A stretch of 38,597 bases of DNA, from IMG/VR virus record IMGVR_UViG_3300037602_000087, positions 1 to 38,597 of that record; one strand, given 5' to 3'. Positions within the stretch are counted from its first letter, which is position 1. Each line of letters opens with the position of its first letter. This DNA is from a virus. Taxonomy: Duplodnaviria > Caudoviricetes. The translations under genes and the position numbers were made by a program. A model generated the notes under the pieces. It made no database searches and was not told the origin of the DNA. It saw nothing but the letters and a program-made list of their open reading frames with translations. Positions 35,057-38,597 of the stretch are shown piece after piece.

Positions 35057-36284
35057 TTTACAGCGAAAAGTGATCGACCTGCGCGACCGGCAGGAAAAGA
35101 CGTGGCGCCAGATTTCGGATCATCTGGATAAGGATCGCGCGCAGATGCAGCGCTGCTACAAGGCGGCGAAAAAGAAGCTGGCCGAGAAACAGGCGGCGCT
35201 GGATCCCGGCGTGCATAAGGTTCTCGGAAACCTCGGCCTGCAGGATCTGGCCGGTCAGCATTCTGGCTGGGTCCACAAAGAGGATCCCGAAACCGGAGAA
35301 TGGGCCTCAGTCTATTACTACCTTGGAAAAGACGGGCAACCGGCCGAGGCGGATCTCGAGGCCGTGATGGCCTCGGCCGTGACCAAGGTGTTTCGCGGCG
35401 ATCTGGCCACGCCAGCCCGCCCGCAGGCGGCCGGGGATCATCTGCTTGTGATCGACATTGCGGATCTGCACATAGGCAAGCTGTGCGTGGCCTCAGAAAC
35501 CGGCTTTTCCTATGATCGGGCCGAGGCGCTGCGGCGCGGGATCGAAGGGTGCCGGGCGCTGCTGCAGCGGGCGCAGGCGCATGGGGTTGCCCATATCCTG
35601 TTTGTGGTTGGCAATGACGTTATTCACATCGACAAGCCGAACCGAACCACCACCAGCGGCACCCCGCAGGACACAGACGGAACCCTGCATGTGATGTGGG
35701 ATGACGCGCTGGCGTTTTACGTGGCCTGCATCGACATGTGCCGGGCTGTGGCGCCTGTCTCGCTGCTGTATTGCCCGAGCAATCACGACTGGTTTGCAGG
35801 CTTTGCTTTGGCCCGGTCGCTGGCCGCATGGTATCGGGGCTGTCCCGAGGTCAGCGCCACCGAATACAACACCAGCCCACGGCACCGGAAGTATTACCGA
35901 TACGGCGCAAACCTGTTGGGCTTCACCCACGCGGATGGCGCGAAAGAGGCAGATCTGCCCGCGCTGATGCTGGACGAGGTGGCCGATCACCTCGGCGCGG
36001 CCCAATGGCGGTATTGGTTCTTGCATCACGTGCACCACAAGGACCGCAAGCGCGGCGGTGGATCCCTGCGCCGCCTGACCGAAAAGGATCTGATTGGCAT
36101 GACCGCGCTACATGTGGCGCCAGATCCAGCCGTATCCCGTGCGCCTGAAATCGAGTATGTCCGCAGCCCCAGCCCGCCAGACGGCTGGCATGACCGCAAT
36201 GGATACGTGAACCGCCAAGCGGTCGAGTGCTTTCTTCACCACCCGCATGACGGGCAGGTGGGGCGGTTCACGGAATGGTTTTAA
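35046..36284 (+). CDS. Calcineurin-like metallophosphoesterase with N-terminal HTH
   Basis: DLHIG, GND, SNHD, HAD, HHVHH metal-binding motifs; N-terminal KTWRQISDHL helix-turn-helix. Confidence 0.8.
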   Translation: MLTDLQRKVIDLRDRQEKTWRQISDHLDKDRAQMQRCYKAAKKKLAEKQAALDPGVHKVLGNLGLQDLAGQHSGWVHKEDPETGEWASVYYYLGKDGQPAEADLEAVMASAVTKVFRGDLATPARPQAAGDHLLVIDIADLHIGKLCVASETGFSYDRAEALRRGIEGCRALLQRAQAHGVAHILFVVGNDVIHIDKPNRTTTSGTPQDTDGTLHVMWDDALAFYVACIDMCRAVAPVSLLYCPSNHDWFAGFALARSLAAWYRGCPEVSATEYNTSPRHRKYYRYGANLLGFTHADGAKEADLPALMLDEVADHLGAAQWRYWFLHHVHHKDRKRGGGSLRRLTEKDLIGMTALHVAPDPAVSRAPEIEYVRSPSPPDGWHDRNGYVNRQAVECFLHHPHDGQVGRFTEWF

Positions 36285-36290
36285 TGGAAC

Positions 36291-36315
36291 AGGGGGCGGC
36301 AATTGCCGCCCTCTT
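36291..36315 (+). terminator. Hairpin / possible terminator ending the late operon
   Basis: AGGGGGCGGC-AATT-GCCGCCCTCT; weak U tract. Confidence 0.5.
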
Positions 36316-36577
36316 GGTCATTAGTGGGACAGGGCTTGGATGATGCCCCATAGGGCGCTGATCCTAAAGGCTGCGCCCGCTGCCATGATGACGGCTGACA
36401 GCCCCTCTGCGCGCGTTTCTATGGTTGATCCATCTGGCCGCACGCCACGCATTTGATCTGCAGACACAACATGGCCCGCAGATAGGTCGAGGGCTGCGAT
36501 CCGTCTAGGCGAATAATTCGGGGCATGTGAGGGCGGTAAGGCTGGCAGCAAGATAAAGCACAGCAAGAGGCCCTGAC

Positions 36578-37033
36578 ATGAACAGAGTAACGCTTACCGG
36601 GCACCTCGGCCGGGATCCCGAGGTGCGAACCTTCACCGATGGCAGCATGGTGGCCAATCTAACGGTGGCCACCTCAGAGACGTGGAAAGATCAATCGACG
36701 GGGGAGCGCCGCGAAAAGACAGAATGGCACCGGGTCGCGATCTTTGGCCCGCTGGCGCGGGTCTGTCAGCAGTATCTGCGCAAGGGCGCCAAGGTGCTGA
36801 TTGAAGGTAAGCTGGAAACCCGCAAGTGGCAGGATCAAGACGGCCGCGATCACTATGTGACCGAGGTTGTGATGCGCGGGCGCGCGGGCACCTTGGAAAT
36901 GCTGGACCGCAAGGATCCCAACGGATCCGGTGGCCAGTCCGGCGCCGGTCAGGGCGGTGGCTATGGCGGCCAATCCGGCGCCGGGCAAGCCGCAGGTCAA
37001 AATCAGCCCATTGATGATGAAATCCCGTTCTGA
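36578..37033 (+). CDS. ssb: Single-stranded DNA-binding protein
   Basis: [33 protein letters not shown]; Gly-rich linker; DDEIPF tail. Confidence 0.97.
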   Translation: MNRVTLTGHLGRDPEVRTFTDGSMVANLTVATSETWKDQSTGERREKTEWHRVAIFGPLARVCQQYLRKGAKVLIEGKLETRKWQDQDGRDHYVTEVVMRGRAGTLEMLDRKDPNGSGGQSGAGQGGGYGGQSGAGQAAGQNQPIDDEIPF

Positions 37034-37043
37034 GGTGCCCCAG

Positions 37044-37196
37044 ATGATGAAACTGCACTTCCGTGTTGAATTTCGCCCATGGGCACGGGCTGCACTCGCT
37101 GGTGGCTTTCTCGGTCTGTCGCTGCTGTTCTGTGTCGTGACACTGTTCGGCGCGATGTTTGTTTGTCGATTGGTGGAGGTCCAAAGCAATGGCTGA
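37044..37196 (+). CDS. Small membrane protein
   Basis: GAGG RBS; hydrophobic ALAGGFLGLSLLFCVVTLFGAMFV; overlaps the next gene. Confidence 0.5.
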   Translation: MMKLHFRVEFRPWARAALAGGFLGLSLLFCVVTLFGAMFVCRLVEVQSNG

Positions 37197-37449
37197 TCTA
37201 TTCCAACCGTCCGAGCGGCAAATCGCTGCGATCCTGGGTCGCCAACATTCTAAGCGCCAAATGGCGATAGCTTATCTGCGCGCCTCGCGTGAGCGGAACC
37301 AGCTGAAAAAGGAAGTGAAGCAGCTGCAGCTGGTATTGGATGTAATCGAGGGGCTGGATCAGGCAACTGAAGAATTTCGGGCCGGTGATCTGGATCAGGC
37401 GTTTTGCCGTCTATCCGGCACTTTGGAGAGGTTGAAAAATGCAGGGTGA
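37189..37449 (+). CDS. Hypothetical coiled-coil protein
   Basis: GGAGG RBS; overlapping gene arrangement. Confidence 0.65.
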   Translation: MADLFQPSERQIAAILGRQHSKRQMAIAYLRASRERNQLKKEVKQLQLVLDVIEGLDQATEEFRAGDLDQAFCRLSGTLERLKNAG

Positions 37450-38131
37450 GCGGATTGCGTGCCCGGCTTGCGGTGGCACGGGGAAAGAAACCAGCCGAGG
37501 GGGCGTGATGCACGAATGTGGCCCCTGCGACGGCTGGGGCTATACGGTGCGGCCCTGCCCCCTGCCAGAGCGTGCGCCAAAGGTGATCGGCCTTTGCGGC
37601 TTGGCTGGATCAGGGAAAACACAGACGGCGCTGATCCTAGCCGAGCGCGGCTATCGGCGGTTGCGTTTCGCTGACACACTTAAGCGCATGTTGCGGGTCT
37701 TGCTGTACGCTGCCGGTGAGGATCCGCAATCTGCGGCGCGCTACATCGACGGTGATCAAAAGGAACGGCCGCACCCCGCTTTCGGTGGTCATTCCTCGCG
37801 CTATGCGATGCAAACGCTTGGCACAGAGTGGGGGCGCAAACTGATCGGCGCCGATCTATGGGTGGATATAACCCGAGCGCAGATTGTCAGGGCCTTGGGG
37901 GAGGGGCACCGGGTTGTCTTGGATGATCTGCGTTTTCCAAATGAGGCAGAGGTGATCCGCAGTTTCGAGGATGGTTGCGTGTGGCAGATCAAAGGGCGCG
38001 CGGCGGCACTGGCTGCAGATGGTGCCATTCATATCAGTGAGGCGCTATCGGTGCAGCCGGATCAGGTTCTGGATAATTCAAAGGATCTGGAGCATCTGGA
38101 GCGCGCCCTTTCGGCCCTGATTTTGGGCTGA
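37439..38131 (+). CDS. Deoxynucleotide monophosphate kinase (T4 gp1-like) with N-terminal CxxCxGxG zinc finger
   Basis: GLAGSGKT P-loop, FADTLK, MQTLGTEWGR, DDLRFPNE; CPACGGTG and CGPCDGWG repeats. Confidence 0.88.
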   Translation: MQGERIACPACGGTGKETSRGGVMHECGPCDGWGYTVRPCPLPERAPKVIGLCGLAGSGKTQTALILAERGYRRLRFADTLKRMLRVLLYAAGEDPQSAARYIDGDQKERPHPAFGGHSSRYAMQTLGTEWGRKLIGADLWVDITRAQIVRALGEGHRVVLDDLRFPNEAEVIRSFEDGCVWQIKGRAAALAADGAIHISEALSVQPDQVLDNSKDLEHLERALSALILG

Positions 38132-38190
38132 TCGCCACGCACGTTTTCGTTGCCTTTGCACGGTGTTTTGAGGGTCCACCGTGCCGCCTT

Positions 38191-38224
38191 GAGGGCTGCG
38201 CCAGCTGGTGCGGCCCTCTTTTTT
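38191..38224 (+). terminator. Intrinsic terminator
   Basis: GAGGGCTGCGCCAG/CTGGTGCGGCCCTC followed by TTTTTT. Confidence 0.8.
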
Positions 38225-38267
38225 CGGGGTTATTGGGCGGCTGATCTGCGTGTTTGAAAATTCAAAG

Positions 38268-38285
38268 GTGTGCAATGCGCGTGCA
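38268..38285 (+). promoter_or_regulatory. Putative integrase arm-type site pair (attR arm)
   Basis: GTGTGCAATGCGCGTGCA, direct repeat of 249-266. Confidence 0.6.
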
Positions 38286-38345
38286 AGCTGGTTCGAGATT
38301 TCCGGTAGTGTAATGATTTTAAAGGATAATGTTGATTAGATCGGT

Positions 38346-38395
38346 TCCCTTGGTAAGGGAGAGGTCGAGAGTTCAATTCTCTCCAGCAGCACCAT
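38346..38395 (+). repeat. attR core (50 bp; 3' half of tRNA-Thr)
   Basis: Identical to 77-126; lacks the tRNA 5' half. Confidence 0.96.
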
Positions 38396-38597
38396 CTTCC
38401 TGTAGATATCAACCTTAATGCCTATCGCACTGTTATGTATAGGTATTTGGCGTGGCACCCCAGCGCCACAGGTACTTTTTGCACCGGATCTGCAGGCCGG
38501 TCTCAGCGCTCACTTCAATCAATATTCCTGCGACAAAATTGGTGCTATGGCGATCAAACTTGAGGCAGTCGTTCAGTCAGGGTAATGCTCCGACAAA

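Noticed and set aside
36321-36604. Minus-strand ORFs between the phosphoesterase and ssb
   Set aside because: No convincing start, RBS or motif; could be a gene remnant but cannot be supported
36928-36990. Tandem repeat GGCCAGTCCGGCGCCGG / GGCCAATCCGGCGCCGG
   Set aside because: Encodes the ordinary Gly/Gln-rich SSB linker (GGQSGAGQ twice)
38346-38395. Second tRNA-Thr gene
   Set aside because: Only the 3' half is present, with no acceptor 5' strand or D arm; it is attR

Overview
The window holds an apparently complete ~38.3 kb temperate siphovirus prophage integrated at the 3' half of a tRNA-Thr(GGT) gene. The intact tRNA is at 51-125, and a 50-bp att core is duplicated at 77-126 and 38346-38395. 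Gene content suggests an alphaproteobacterial, probably Rhodobacteraceae, host (inference). Left to right: (1) a cargo slot between attL and the integrase, carrying a C5 DNA methyltransferase plus a PD-(D/E)XK nuclease and flanked by clusters of short palindromes; (2) int/xis; (3) a divergent repressor/Cro-like switch with GCAC-N8-GTGC operators; (4) early genes including an orphan OmpR/CtrA-type winged helix, Toprim primase, P4-family SF3 helicase and a phage C5-MTase-like gene; (5) a P1-immI-like secondary immunity locus with a C4-type antisense RNA and its four target sites, an icd-position ORF and a BRO-N antirepressor; (6) an iteron-rich putative origin; (7) a GafA/DUF6456-like regulator followed by a promoter-terminator pair; (8) an HK97-type head (HNH, TerS, TerL, portal, ClpP, MCP); (9) a non-contractile tail with a -1 frameshift chaperone; (10) a lysis cassette with holin, M15 endolysin and a unimolecular spanin; (11) a terminal module with a metallophosphoesterase, SSB and a Zn-finger-dNMP kinase. 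All family assignments come from motif recognition by eye; no database searches were run.
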